From a virus: DNA of 64,000 bases. The translations under genes were made by a program, and so were the position numbers. The notes beneath the pieces were generated by a model that saw only the letters and a program-made list of their open reading frames with translations, did not search any database and had not been told where the DNA came from. Shown one piece after another: positions 27,988 through 37,139 of the stretch (its first letter is position 1; every line of letters begins with the position of its first letter). The stretch covers positions 96,618 to 160,617 of the IMG/VR virus record IMGVR_UViG_3300048854_000232, one strand, 5' to 3'.

Positions 27988-28566
27988 ATGGCTGCCGACC
28001 TCAACCCGAATTTGCGTCCGCCTATCGACCTGGGCGAGGACGTTGACCGCGCCATGCAGCAGATCCAGGCGCTGACCGAATCGGACATCCCCAAGGTACC
28101 CGAGGCCATCTTTGTTCAGCATGTGCTGCCCGTGGTCACCAACCACACCGGTCCCGTGGACTTCTCCACCTGGATCGATGTGGCCGGCAATGCCCAGCGA
28201 CCGATCGATATCGTCGATTCCGAAGGCAAGGTGCTCTTCCGTGCCCCGCCCCTGCTGCGTCCCTACCCGACCCGGGCAGGTCTGACCGGCAAGGACTCCT
28301 TCGCACAGCTACTGGACACCGCCAAGAAGAAAAGCGAAGTCCACCCGCTGCTGGGGACCAACTTCCTGAATCAGGGTCTCCAGGCCCGGGTGATCGAACT
28401 GGGTCTGGACGAAGAATCGGTCGCCGCCTGGAATCGCATCTTGGTCCACTACGGCTACTTGCCGGTCGGTGGTATCGCTCCGGCACCCGCTGGTCCGACC
28501 AGTGCCTCGCCGGCCGCATCCGGAGATCAGTCGATCTTTGCGGATGACGAAGACGATGAGCTCTAA
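27988..28566 (+). CDS. Conserved hypothetical protein
   Basis: AAGG RBS; VLFRAPPL motif; acidic tail; overlaps the nuclease gene. Confidence 0.75.
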   Translation: MAADLNPNLRPPIDLGEDVDRAMQQIQALTESDIPKVPEAIFVQHVLPVVTNHTGPVDFSTWIDVAGNAQRPIDIVDSEGKVLFRAPPLLRPYPTRAGLTGKDSFAQLLDTAKKKSEVHPLLGTNFLNQGLQARVIELGLDEESVAAWNRILVHYGYLPVGGIAPAPAGPTSASPAASGDQSIFADDEDDEL

Positions 28567-29692
28567 GACCAAGATTCCCGGTAAGCTTGCTCACGCATCG
28601 ATCTCCGATGTGCACATGGGCCATCACACCACGCCGACCGAGCATATCGTCGGTAACCTGCGCAAGGCCTTCCCGGATAACGCCGAGACAGGCAAGCTGG
28701 ACATCATCTGGTTCGGTGGGGACTTCTTCGACCGGTTGATGAACCTGCCCGACGACAACGTGGGTCTGTTGCAGGTCTGGATCGTGGGCTTCTTGCGCAT
28801 GTGCGGTCGCCGCAAGATCAAGGTGCGCATTCTGGAAGGGACTAAGTCCCACGACTGGGCGCAGAACAAGCTTTTCGTGCAGCTGATGGAACAGGCTGCG
28901 ATCGACGTGGACATGAAGTACATCGATACCCTCTCGATCGAGTTTATCGAGGACTTCGAGATCAGTGTGCTCTACGTTCCCGACGATTGGCGGCCGAATC
29001 CGGATGATACCTGGATCGAGATCCTTCAGCTGCTCCAGGCCAACAGCCTGGAGAAAGTCGACTACGCCATCGTGCACGGTTCATTCGATCACCAGTTGCC
29101 CCCGGTGGTTAAAACCCCCAAGCACCTGGGTGAGCGGTTCCTAAGCATCGTCAAGCACTACATCTTCATCGGTCATGTGCATATCGCGTCCCAACGCGAC
29201 CGCATCTTAGCGAACGGCTCGTTCGATCGGATCAGTCACGGCGAAGAAGCGCCTAAAGGCCATTGGCGGGTGACCGTCGGTGGTCCCGACGGGGATGAGC
29301 TCAACTTCGTCGAGAACAAAGGCGCCCAGCTGTACAAGACCATCAACTGTGCGGCCCTGACAGCTGATGAGGCGCTCGAGAAGCTCAAAGTGGTAGCTGA
29401 CTACCCCGCGGGCAGCTTCGTCCGTGTGGAGGCTTCCAGGGGCGATGCGATCCTGTCCAACATGGACAGCTTGCGCAAGTCCTACCCGCACATCAAGTCC
29501 TGGTCGGTGAAGGAAGTCAAAGAAAAGGATGTCCAGGCCAAGCTGTTGACGGACATGCGTTCAAGCTTTACGGAAGTGAACATCACCCGCAGCAACATCG
29601 CAGAGATGGTGATGGCACGTGTCGCCACCCTTACCACAGACCCGCGCCTCCTCGCGCGTTGTCGGGAACGCCTTGAGGAGTACGCGCAATGA
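28556..29692 (+). CDS. SbcD/Mre11-like calcineurin-fold nuclease
   Basis: SDVHMG, GGDFFD, EGTKSHD, IVHG and GHVH metallophosphoesterase motifs. Confidence 0.9.
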   Translation: MSSKTKIPGKLAHASISDVHMGHHTTPTEHIVGNLRKAFPDNAETGKLDIIWFGGDFFDRLMNLPDDNVGLLQVWIVGFLRMCGRRKIKVRILEGTKSHDWAQNKLFVQLMEQAAIDVDMKYIDTLSIEFIEDFEISVLYVPDDWRPNPDDTWIEILQLLQANSLEKVDYAIVHGSFDHQLPPVVKTPKHLGERFLSIVKHYIFIGHVHIASQRDRILANGSFDRISHGEEAPKGHWRVTVGGPDGDELNFVENKGAQLYKTINCAALTADEALEKLKVVADYPAGSFVRVEASRGDAILSNMDSLRKSYPHIKSWSVKEVKEKDVQAKLLTDMRSSFTEVNITRSNIAEMVMARVATLTTDPRLLARCRERLEEYAQ

Positions 29693-30531
29693 ACCATCAA
29701 CTGCAAGGGGTCGATGCCCGGGACAAAGGGCAAATCCCGGTGTCCATGGGTACCGCCCTGGCCATCGAGGCGGCGTTGGGGATCTACCCGGATCGTCCGG
29801 TCTCCCCCGCCCCGATCTTGAAGGTGAAAGAGGTGTGGTTTAACATCCGCACCTTGATCCGCAACCTGTACAACAGTTTGCAGCCGGATTTCCGAGAGGA
29901 CATCCTTGCGCCCACGCTGCATGCAGCGCTGGTGGAGGAACTCGGCATCATCGAGTCGGCCATCGTCAAAGGGGCGCAGGGGTTGGTTCGGGTGATCTAC
30001 TACATGCCCGACTACACCACGCTGCAACGGAAGTACCCCAAGGCGCAGTTGCGTCAACCCAAGACCGATCGCCAGATCGCCTACCAAATGCTCGAGAATA
30101 CCGTGTGTCGGCTGCTCCATGTGGATCCGCCCTCTCACGACTTTCGCGAGTATAGCTTCGCGATCACGGGGAACCACCCCGAAGCGTTCATCGTGACCCA
30201 TCTGCCAGTGGATTTGCTGGCTCGGTACTCCTTCCGGAAGCTCGAGCTACTTGAATCCCACAGCGGCGGCATCAAAGCCTACCCGCAATGGCACACCAAG
30301 CTGACCGGCGGCAAGGAACTGTCGAACTTCCCGTTCAACGCGTTCACCTTGCAGCTGTTCGGGGATAACGGCAACCAATTCGCTCCTTACCTTCCGGGCA
30401 TCCGGAAGCAAGTGGTCGAGTTGGCCCTAGAGGACCGCTGGTCCAGTGTTACCACGGAGGATAAGATCCGTCTGTCCCTGCGTAAGGTCTCCGACGTCTA
30501 CGTTCGGACGAGCTTGCTGGCGATGCTGTAA
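29689..30531 (+). CDS. Conserved chimallivirus protein (phiKZ gp66-like), possible PIN/5' nuclease-like fold
   Basis: GAGGAG RBS and ATGA overlap; NIRTLIRN, THLPVDL, LESHSG and FGD motifs. Confidence 0.7.
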   Translation: MNHQLQGVDARDKGQIPVSMGTALAIEAALGIYPDRPVSPAPILKVKEVWFNIRTLIRNLYNSLQPDFREDILAPTLHAALVEELGIIESAIVKGAQGLVRVIYYMPDYTTLQRKYPKAQLRQPKTDRQIAYQMLENTVCRLLHVDPPSHDFREYSFAITGNHPEAFIVTHLPVDLLARYSFRKLELLESHSGGIKAYPQWHTKLTGGKELSNFPFNAFTLQLFGDNGNQFAPYLPGIRKQVVELALEDRWSSVTTEDKIRLSLRKVSDVYVRTSLLAML

Positions 30532-30605
30532 AAGCTACCTTAAAACCGGTAAAAGTTGACCGTTTTTCGTTATTAACTGAGTAGAATCCTTAAGGGATAA
30601 GATCC

Positions 30606-31349
30606 ATGGCCGATTTCAACCAAGCGAATGCCCGTAAGAAGACGGGTCTTTCGGAATACAACCTGCGCCTCGTTGCCGATCCGATCAACGGCGCTCGCCG
30701 TGGGCCGAACATGGGCTTCGTGGTCGTCAAGAACAACCCGCACATCGAAGTGCGGACCAACATCGAGAACGACAAAGACTACGGTCGCATCATTGCCAAG
30801 CTCGACTCGCCGACGTTCTACGCGATCATCGAAGCGATCAATGAAGCCCCGACCTGGCCCAACGACAAGAAGGTGATGTGGTCGATCAACGCCCACCGCT
30901 TCGTCAACCGCCAGCGCTCCAAGGACCCGATGCTCGACGCCAAGGTCCTGGTCGGTAAGGACAAGGAAGGCGTGGTCTACATGTCGGTGCTGTCCTGGGA
31001 CAAAGAGCGCCCGCTCATCAAGTTCCCGTTCCGTCCGGCCGCGCTGCACTCGGTCGCCCATGGTGACGGCACGCCGCTGACGGCGGCCGAGATCTCGGTA
31101 CTGTACTGCCGTTCGTGGGTGCGGATGCTGAACAACCTGGTCGCACACCTGCTCATCACCGAGTACGTCGAACCGCCTCCGCCGCAACAGCAGCAGGGTG
31201 GTGGTGGTGGCTTCAGTGGTGGCCAGGGTGGCTCCAATGGCGGTGGTGGCTACGGCAACCGCGGCAGCTTCCAGGGTGGTGGTGGTTCCAGCGCCGGTGG
31301 TAGCGCAACCGGTGGTGGTGGCGGTACGGACGACGAGTTCCCGTTCTAA
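30606..31349 (+). CDS. chmC: ChmC-like nucleus-associated RNA/ssDNA-binding protein (phiKZ gp67-like)
   Basis: Lies just upstream of the nvRNAP gp68-like and PicA-like genes; globular N-domain plus a Gly-rich disordered tail. Confidence 0.7.
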   Translation: MADFNQANARKKTGLSEYNLRLVADPINGARRGPNMGFVVVKNNPHIEVRTNIENDKDYGRIIAKLDSPTFYAIIEAINEAPTWPNDKKVMWSINAHRFVNRQRSKDPMLDAKVLVGKDKEGVVYMSVLSWDKERPLIKFPFRPAALHSVAHGDGTPLTAAEISVLYCRSWVRMLNNLVAHLLITEYVEPPPPQQQQGGGGGFSGGQGGSNGGGGYGNRGSFQGGGGSSAGGSATGGGGGTDDEFPF

Positions 31350-31368
31350 GACCACAGCGACAAAGAAA

Positions 31369-31399
31369 GAGCGGGGAGCCACAACGGCTCCCCGCTTTT
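31369..31399 (+). terminator. Intrinsic terminator
   Basis: AGCGGGGAGCC/GGCTCCCCGCT followed by TTT. Confidence 0.75.
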
Positions 31400-31587
31400 G
31401 ACCCAACCAACCAACAGGATTGCCGATGCCAGCCTATACCCAGTCTGTCGTTTATCTGCAACCGACCATTTCCTACTTGACCTGCGGGTCCACCCCACCA
31501 CCTTTCTAGCTCTTACGTCTCCCAGCGCACTTCCGTCAAAAACAGACGGGTGCTTGGGGGAGAGGGGCGTATGTCAGCGAGAAGCCC

Positions 31588-31833
31588 ATGCTCGACTTCA
31601 TCATGTTCGGCCTGATCGCCCTGGCTTGTCAGGTAGGGATCGGGTGTTTGACCTACCGACTAATGCACGCCATCAAGGGCCGGTGGAACGCTAACCACTA
31701 TATCTCTAACACCTGGTTGATTCCCTACCAGATGGCAATGCTGATCGGTTGCTGTACTGGCATGTGGGCGCTGATCCAATTCGGCTTCCTTGCCTTCCAT
31801 CAACTGTTCGTGATAGGTCCCACGTTGTTCTAG
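31588..31833 (+). CDS. Small two-TM membrane protein
   Basis: Two hydrophobic segments. Confidence 0.55.
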   Translation: MLDFIMFGLIALACQVGIGCLTYRLMHAIKGRWNANHYISNTWLIPYQMAMLIGCCTGMWALIQFGFLAFHQLFVIGPTLF

Positions 31834-31852
31834 GGTAAGAAGACCTAAAAAA

Positions 31853-31870
31853 AAGATAGATATACATTAC
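31853..31870 (+). promoter_or_regulatory. Putative early promoter (AAGATAGATATACATTAC)
   Basis: The 3' half TACATTAC matches the motif; upstream of an nvRNAP subunit gene. Confidence 0.5.
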
Positions 31871-31905
31871 CCCCTAGAGACACAAACCCAAAGGAAGACC
31901 CGCCC

Positions 31906-33486
31906 ATGAAAATCGAAGTCACCGAGTACGCTAGTAAAGGACTCGTGGCAGTGGCGACCACGCACGGGAACGAACCCATGCTCGCTTGGGACGCCCGGAA
32001 CTACGATCGCTCCGGCCAGTCCGATGTCGGTGCGTTACCCGATGCGTTGGATCCGGACAAGTACGGCCGCATCTTTGCGGACATCAATGCGTTCTGGGCT
32101 AGCCTGCCCCAGGAACGTCAGGATGCGATCTGGGAGGTCTACAAGCAGATCCACAACGTCTTGATGACCAACTACGATTCGACCTCGATCCTGGGCAAGC
32201 TCCAGGTCCTGGTCAAACAGCTTTACGACTACATGCCCATCGCGGACATCAAGCACTGGATGCTGTTCCACTCCGGCATCCGGGTTCCGGCCACCGTGAA
32301 GTCCGAGTATGGCCCGGATGACTCTCCGGTTCGGACCTATCTGACCGCGGACTACCAGGATCTCATCGCGCTGTCGATTGCGGTGCGTCCGATGGTGCCG
32401 ATCTGGGGTGAGTACATCGGTCGTACCAAGACCGAGTTCGGGACCACGTACAAAGAGCTGTGGGCGATGAAGCTGCTCTACCACACGAACCTGATCGTCT
32501 CCGATCAGATCCGTCGGTTGCAGGCCTACATCGAAGCCTCGATGGATCGTCCTGATCAGCAGGCCTCCAGCTTCGCCGCGATCATGGGTGGTCTGGGGAC
32601 AACCGAACAGCCCGAGTGGTTGCTGGCCACCTCGGTGGTGCGGCGTATCTCGGTGGTGCCGCTGGGTAACTCGCAGGAGGAAGGCGCAAACATCATCGCC
32701 AACGTCCACCAGTACATCACCAACAGCCTGCGTTCGATGGACCGTCGCTTCAAAGGACGGATCACCGAGAAGACCCAGCCCTCGGCCTCGGGCGAAGATC
32801 CGAACAACATTTCCTCCGCGGAGATGTACAAGGTCAAGCAGCAGATCTCCGACGGCGACGTGGTGACGCTTAACGTCTATACGGAAAACGTCTGGGACAT
32901 GGCAGCCAAGGTGGAACCGGACATGCCCCGGGATCTGATCGAGCGCTGCATCGCGGCGGTCCGTGCCCTGGAACCGCTGGCCATCCAGCCGCACCAGGTC
33001 ACTCTCGCGCAGTGGGTGATGACTCCGGCCTTGCCGGAGCAAACCATCCAGCAGTTGACCAAGCCCTCGCTGTTGAGAGTGTTGGCCGTCACCCAAGCCA
33101 CGCTGTGGCACTGGGGTCTCTACGACCTGGCCGCCCTGGTCACCGCAGAGCCGCTGTCGATGGGTTCGGATCTGATGATTGGCGTGCTGGAATCCCGTGG
33201 CCGCATTCCCAAGGAGCTCATGGACACCCTGGTGGTACTCTTCCCCCATGCGTACCATGCACGGGGTAAGAACCAGTCGATCCGTCAAACCAACCCCGCG
33301 TCCCGTTCGGTGGATGCGTTTTGCGAGCTCATCGTTCGCACGGATTGGCGTCTGCACGCTCCTGAACAACTGGTCGCCGCCAGCTCGGCTACCGGCAACA
33401 CTAAGAAACTGATCGTTCCGGCGGACATCCGGGCAATGTTGGCGCGACTTATCATCCGCCTGACCTCGCCACTGCATTACGCTTAA
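31906..33486 (+). CDS. nvRNAP promoter-specificity subunit (phiKZ gp68-like)
   Basis: 526 aa, the size and position expected for gp68 between ChmC and PicA. Confidence 0.75.
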   Translation: MKIEVTEYASKGLVAVATTHGNEPMLAWDARNYDRSGQSDVGALPDALDPDKYGRIFADINAFWASLPQERQDAIWEVYKQIHNVLMTNYDSTSILGKLQVLVKQLYDYMPIADIKHWMLFHSGIRVPATVKSEYGPDDSPVRTYLTADYQDLIALSIAVRPMVPIWGEYIGRTKTEFGTTYKELWAMKLLYHTNLIVSDQIRRLQAYIEASMDRPDQQASSFAAIMGGLGTTEQPEWLLATSVVRRISVVPLGNSQEEGANIIANVHQYITNSLRSMDRRFKGRITEKTQPSASGEDPNNISSAEMYKVKQQISDGDVVTLNVYTENVWDMAAKVEPDMPRDLIERCIAAVRALEPLAIQPHQVTLAQWVMTPALPEQTIQQLTKPSLLRVLAVTQATLWHWGLYDLAALVTAEPLSMGSDLMIGVLESRGRIPKELMDTLVVLFPHAYHARGKNQSIRQTNPASRSVDAFCELIVRTDWRLHAPEQLVAASSATGNTKKLIVPADIRAMLARLIIRLTSPLHYA

Positions 33487-33528
33487 GAACGACACCAACA
33501 CACACGTACCTCGCCCAGGAAGAGAACC

Positions 33529-35007
33529 ATGCATACACCACAAATGCGGATCAAGCGATTGATCTTCGTGGAAACTGGCACCTACAACGATCAGGCTCTG
33601 CGTCCTTACGAGACTCACGTCAACGACCAGACGCTGCGCATGATCCAGGAAGCCACTCACGACGGTCGTCAGTTGCAGCCGACCAACCTGGCCGGCGTGG
33701 CTGGGGCCATTGTTCGGCCCTCCGCTGCGTCGATCGGCACGGTCTCGATCGAGAACGGCTGGGACACCAAACGCTTCCGCTTCCTGATGGAAGTGGAATT
33801 CGCCGACTTCACCGGCGGCGCCACGATCCAGTACATCTCCGGTTCCACCAGTCACGCGGATCTGTCGCACGGTAAGTTCATCGATCCGCGCATGCAGCTG
33901 TACCTGAACAACATCGTCAAAACCCGGCAGGTCGTCGAGATGACGCCGATGGGGCAGATGACGCGTCAGACGGTCTCGGAAGCTTCGCAGATCCTGACCG
34001 GTTCGTACAACCCGCAGATCACCGGCCTGGCCAACTCCCCGCAGACCATGCGTCCCGAAGATGTATTCGGTACGATCGGGCTGTCGGTGTTGGGTGATGC
34101 CGATACCTTCGACCTGCGGTCGTCCTTCGGCGGTGGTGCGAAGAAGTCCTCCCGAAAGAACGGAGCAGCTACCTCGTACCTGTCGCGCGTGATGACCTCG
34201 TACAAGACGGCTACCCAGAAGGCGGAGTACTCCGATCAGCTGCCGCAGATGATGGACGATGCGTCCGGTCAGGTCCGTGAAGGCCTGGTCTCGCAGGATC
34301 CGTTCATGAGCCACCTGATGCGTCACACCGGTTTCGCGCAAGGCACCTCGGTGTCCTATGACGAACTGTGCCAGATGCAGCCGGGTCTGGAACACGATGA
34401 CAGCACGGTCAAGGTGATCCTGAACCGCGTCGTGTTGGCCTCCGGCTGGCAGCCGCATGTCCGTGGGCAGACCGAGCACTGGAGTGGCACCACGCGGGAA
34501 ACGATCTTTGCCACCACGCTCGCTCACGCGGTGCCGGCCATCATGATGGAACTCATGCTGACCGAGATCACCATGTCCATCACCAACCGCACCCAGGACG
34601 GTTCGTTCGTCAGCCAGTTCCTCGCCCCGCCGGATTCCTTTACCGTCGGCGTGGATCTGTCCCCGTCACTCGATCTGCTCCTGCGTCGCATGGAGACTGA
34701 GGTTCTCCGTGATCTGACGATGAACAACCAGATCGACATCCAGCTCGTCCTGCACATCGACGTGCTGGGCGAATCGATCATCGACATCGCCATCATGGGT
34801 GGTCCGCTGATCAAGTACGTCGTTCCTTCGTTCTGTGATGCCCTGATGGCCCCGGTCATCACGAACAACGCGAAGCACCTGCAGATCTTTGCCAATGACA
34901 TCAGTGCCTTGGCCGACAGGATCTCCATGGATTATTCCACGGATAGCGGGCAGCCCTCCTCCAACTTCCAACCGGGTATGTACAATGGACATTCATCAGC
35001 TGTATAA
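33529..35007 (+). CDS. picA: PicA/Imp1-like nuclear protein import factor (phiKZ gp69-like)
   Basis: 492 aa; ETGTY…RPY, GW…RFRF and RPEDVF motifs; synteny. Confidence 0.72.
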   Translation: MHTPQMRIKRLIFVETGTYNDQALRPYETHVNDQTLRMIQEATHDGRQLQPTNLAGVAGAIVRPSAASIGTVSIENGWDTKRFRFLMEVEFADFTGGATIQYISGSTSHADLSHGKFIDPRMQLYLNNIVKTRQVVEMTPMGQMTRQTVSEASQILTGSYNPQITGLANSPQTMRPEDVFGTIGLSVLGDADTFDLRSSFGGGAKKSSRKNGAATSYLSRVMTSYKTATQKAEYSDQLPQMMDDASGQVREGLVSQDPFMSHLMRHTGFAQGTSVSYDELCQMQPGLEHDDSTVKVILNRVVLASGWQPHVRGQTEHWSGTTRETIFATTLAHAVPAIMMELMLTEITMSITNRTQDGSFVSQFLAPPDSFTVGVDLSPSLDLLLRRMETEVLRDLTMNNQIDIQLVLHIDVLGESIIDIAIMGGPLIKYVVPSFCDALMAPVITNNAKHLQIFANDISALADRISMDYSTDSGQPSSNFQPGMYNGHSSAV

Positions 35008-36580
35008 AGCTATCACCAATTCGCTCGGCCTGATCGCCGACGAAAACGGTCTGCTTTCGTTCCCGGGCAAAGATGGGCCGACCCCGGCCCTGGTCGACGG
35101 CGTTCGCCTGGCCCTGCCCACCCCCGAGCGTCTGCGTTCGGGTGCCTGGTCCGATCTGGTCGCCTTCCATCCGCTCTCCGAACACACCCTGCGCGGTGAG
35201 TCGGCGGTGCTGAAGAAGGTCCGGACCGGCGTGATCTTCCGCCTCTCTGCCGTGCTGATCGAGCTGCTCCAGCAGCTGACGGTGCTGGGCGCCGATAGCA
35301 CCCGGCATTCCAAGCTCTCCCCGACCGCTGCCAAGCTGTTGGCCGAGATCAAGGATGTCGATGCCAAGACGGTCAGCGATCTGAAGACGATCATCGAGAA
35401 GAACTTCGAATCCGGCGGTGGCGCCCAGAAGTTCCTGTCGATCTACATGAAGCGCGGGGCTACGCTGAACGGGCAGAAGTACGCTCGTGCGGCTGTGGTG
35501 TCCTTCCCGTTCCTGGACGCCCTGAAGGAAACCACCGATCGGGTGGTCTACGGCGTGCAGCTGCGTAAGAAGGACGTGCAGGCACTGATCAACCTGTTCC
35601 TGTACATCCTGCCCGATGCAGACGACCTGGAAGCCTACTCGGTCGGCTCGCGTTCCACCGACGCACCGTACTTCGATGCGCTGATGGGCACCTTCCACAA
35701 GGTTGGCCATCGTCTCAACGAAGTGATCCGGATCCACAAGAAGCAGCTCGAGAACGAGATGCTGCTGACCACGGAGCTGGATTGGTATCCGGCGCTGAAG
35801 GATCTGTCGGTGTACCGTGACGTGATCCCGCCACTGGCCGGTAACATGGGCGAGCATGGTGGGGACGATGCACCCAACCTACAGCCGATGGATCCGGTTC
35901 GTGCCGTGTCTGCGATGGAACGGCTCGCTGATCCGGCTCCGACCCACAGCACCTCCAAACCGACCTCGGCCTTGGGCGAGCTGCTGCGTCCGGGACAGGA
36001 AAGCAAAAGCGGTGTGTTTAACACCAACCTGACGCTGCAAACCGTCCTGCCTGCCCAGCCGACCGCCCAGGACACCTCGCTGTTCCACAACCCGGCCTAC
36101 GCTCCGCCGCCGGCCCCGGCACCCACGCATCACGGGAAGGTGGTCGAAGATCAGTACCACGTCAAGCACACCGAGCGTGGTCTGGATGTGGCCAGCCTGA
36201 TGGAAGCACGCAACCGGGTGGCGCAGCATGCGTTCGTCCCTTTCGCGGCGCCCGCACCGGCGGCTCCGGCCGGCACGTTCGCGGGTTATCACCGCGGCAT
36301 TCCGATCCAGCAGAACCAGTGGGGCGCTCCGGGTGGCTATGCACCGCCGGGTTACGGTGTTGCACCGGGGATGGGTGGTTACAACCCGGCCCTGCCCGAT
36401 TGGGCTCAGCCGGGCAACGGTCAGGTGATGGGCGGCGGCTATCCGCCGGCCGGTGGCTTCGGCTATGGCGGGTATCCGCCGGCAGCACCGCCGCCGGCGG
36501 GTGGGTTCGGCTTCGGTGGCCCGGCCTTCGGGCAGGGTGTCTATCCGACGATGCACGTTCCACCGGGCGGGTTCCGCTAA
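34985..36580 (+). CDS. Conserved nucleus-associated protein (phiKZ gp70-like) with a long Pro/Gly/Tyr low-complexity tail
   Basis: FHPLSE…GES motif; synteny; disordered C-terminal ~200 aa. Confidence 0.75.
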   Translation: MDIHQLYKAITNSLGLIADENGLLSFPGKDGPTPALVDGVRLALPTPERLRSGAWSDLVAFHPLSEHTLRGESAVLKKVRTGVIFRLSAVLIELLQQLTVLGADSTRHSKLSPTAAKLLAEIKDVDAKTVSDLKTIIEKNFESGGGAQKFLSIYMKRGATLNGQKYARAAVVSFPFLDALKETTDRVVYGVQLRKKDVQALINLFLYILPDADDLEAYSVGSRSTDAPYFDALMGTFHKVGHRLNEVIRIHKKQLENEMLLTTELDWYPALKDLSVYRDVIPPLAGNMGEHGGDDAPNLQPMDPVRAVSAMERLADPAPTHSTSKPTSALGELLRPGQESKSGVFNTNLTLQTVLPAQPTAQDTSLFHNPAYAPPPAPAPTHHGKVVEDQYHVKHTERGLDVASLMEARNRVAQHAFVPFAAPAPAAPAGTFAGYHRGIPIQQNQWGAPGGYAPPGYGVAPGMGGYNPALPDWAQPGNGQVMGGGYPPAGGFGYGGYPPAAPPPAGGFGFGGPAFGQGVYPTMHVPPGGFR

Positions 36581-36602
36581 TCGTGGTGGTAGAGTGAGCT
36601 AA

Positions 36603-36635
36603 CGGCATAAGCGGGGCTCCTTAGGGAGCCCCGCG
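36603..36635. terminator. CGGCATAA-hairpin between convergent genes
   Basis: GCGGGGCTCC/GGAGCCCCGC stem. Confidence 0.7.
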
Positions 36636-36642
36636 ATTCGGA

Positions 36643-37020
36643 TCAGCTTATTTTCTTGGATGCGGTCTGGAATACGGCACGCAGCGTCTCGACCGCCGTG
36701 CTACTCGGAGTGAGCAACAGGATCGGTTCGGGCTCTTCCCCGGACTCCGGTGGATCAGGCATCTTGAAGTCCATCCCGGAGGTATAGCCGTTCATGCGCA
36801 TGACGATGTAGTTGTACGAGACCGGCACACCCTTCAACGCCAGGAGACCTTCGAGGTCACCTTCGAACTTGTAAGCCTCAAAGGGCTGGATCACCACCGG
36901 CGCGGTATAGGGGTGATTGATGAGAAACGGCAAATGCGTTTCGATCATCAGGCGCCACTTCTCGCTGTAGTAGACACTGTCGCCCTCATTGGTCATGAGT
37001 TCGAGAATCGGCATCGTCAT
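36643..37020 (-). CDS. Conserved small protein, possibly LysM/baseplate-wedge-like
   Basis: GAGGG RBS; YKFEGDL.GLL…MRMNG. Confidence 0.7.
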   Translation of the reverse strand: MTMPILELMTNEGDSVYYSEKWRLMIETHLPFLINHPYTAPVVIQPFEAYKFEGDLEGLLALKGVPVSYNYIVMRMNGYTSGMDFKMPDPPESGEEPEPILLLTPSSTAVETLRAVFQTASKKIS

Positions 37021-37041
37021 CGACGTTTCCCTCTTAAGATT

Positions 37042-37059
37042 TTTTCAGACACTTAACAT
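37042..37059 (+). promoter_or_regulatory. Putative early promoter (TTTTCAGACACTTAACAT)
   Basis: Matches the recurring motif; upstream of the nvRNAP beta gene. Confidence 0.55.
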
Positions 37060-37139
37060 TCATAAGTACAACGTTCATAAGATCGGACCGTAAAACAAGA
37101 ACCGACTAACGCCCTAACACACGCAAGGGTACACCCGCC

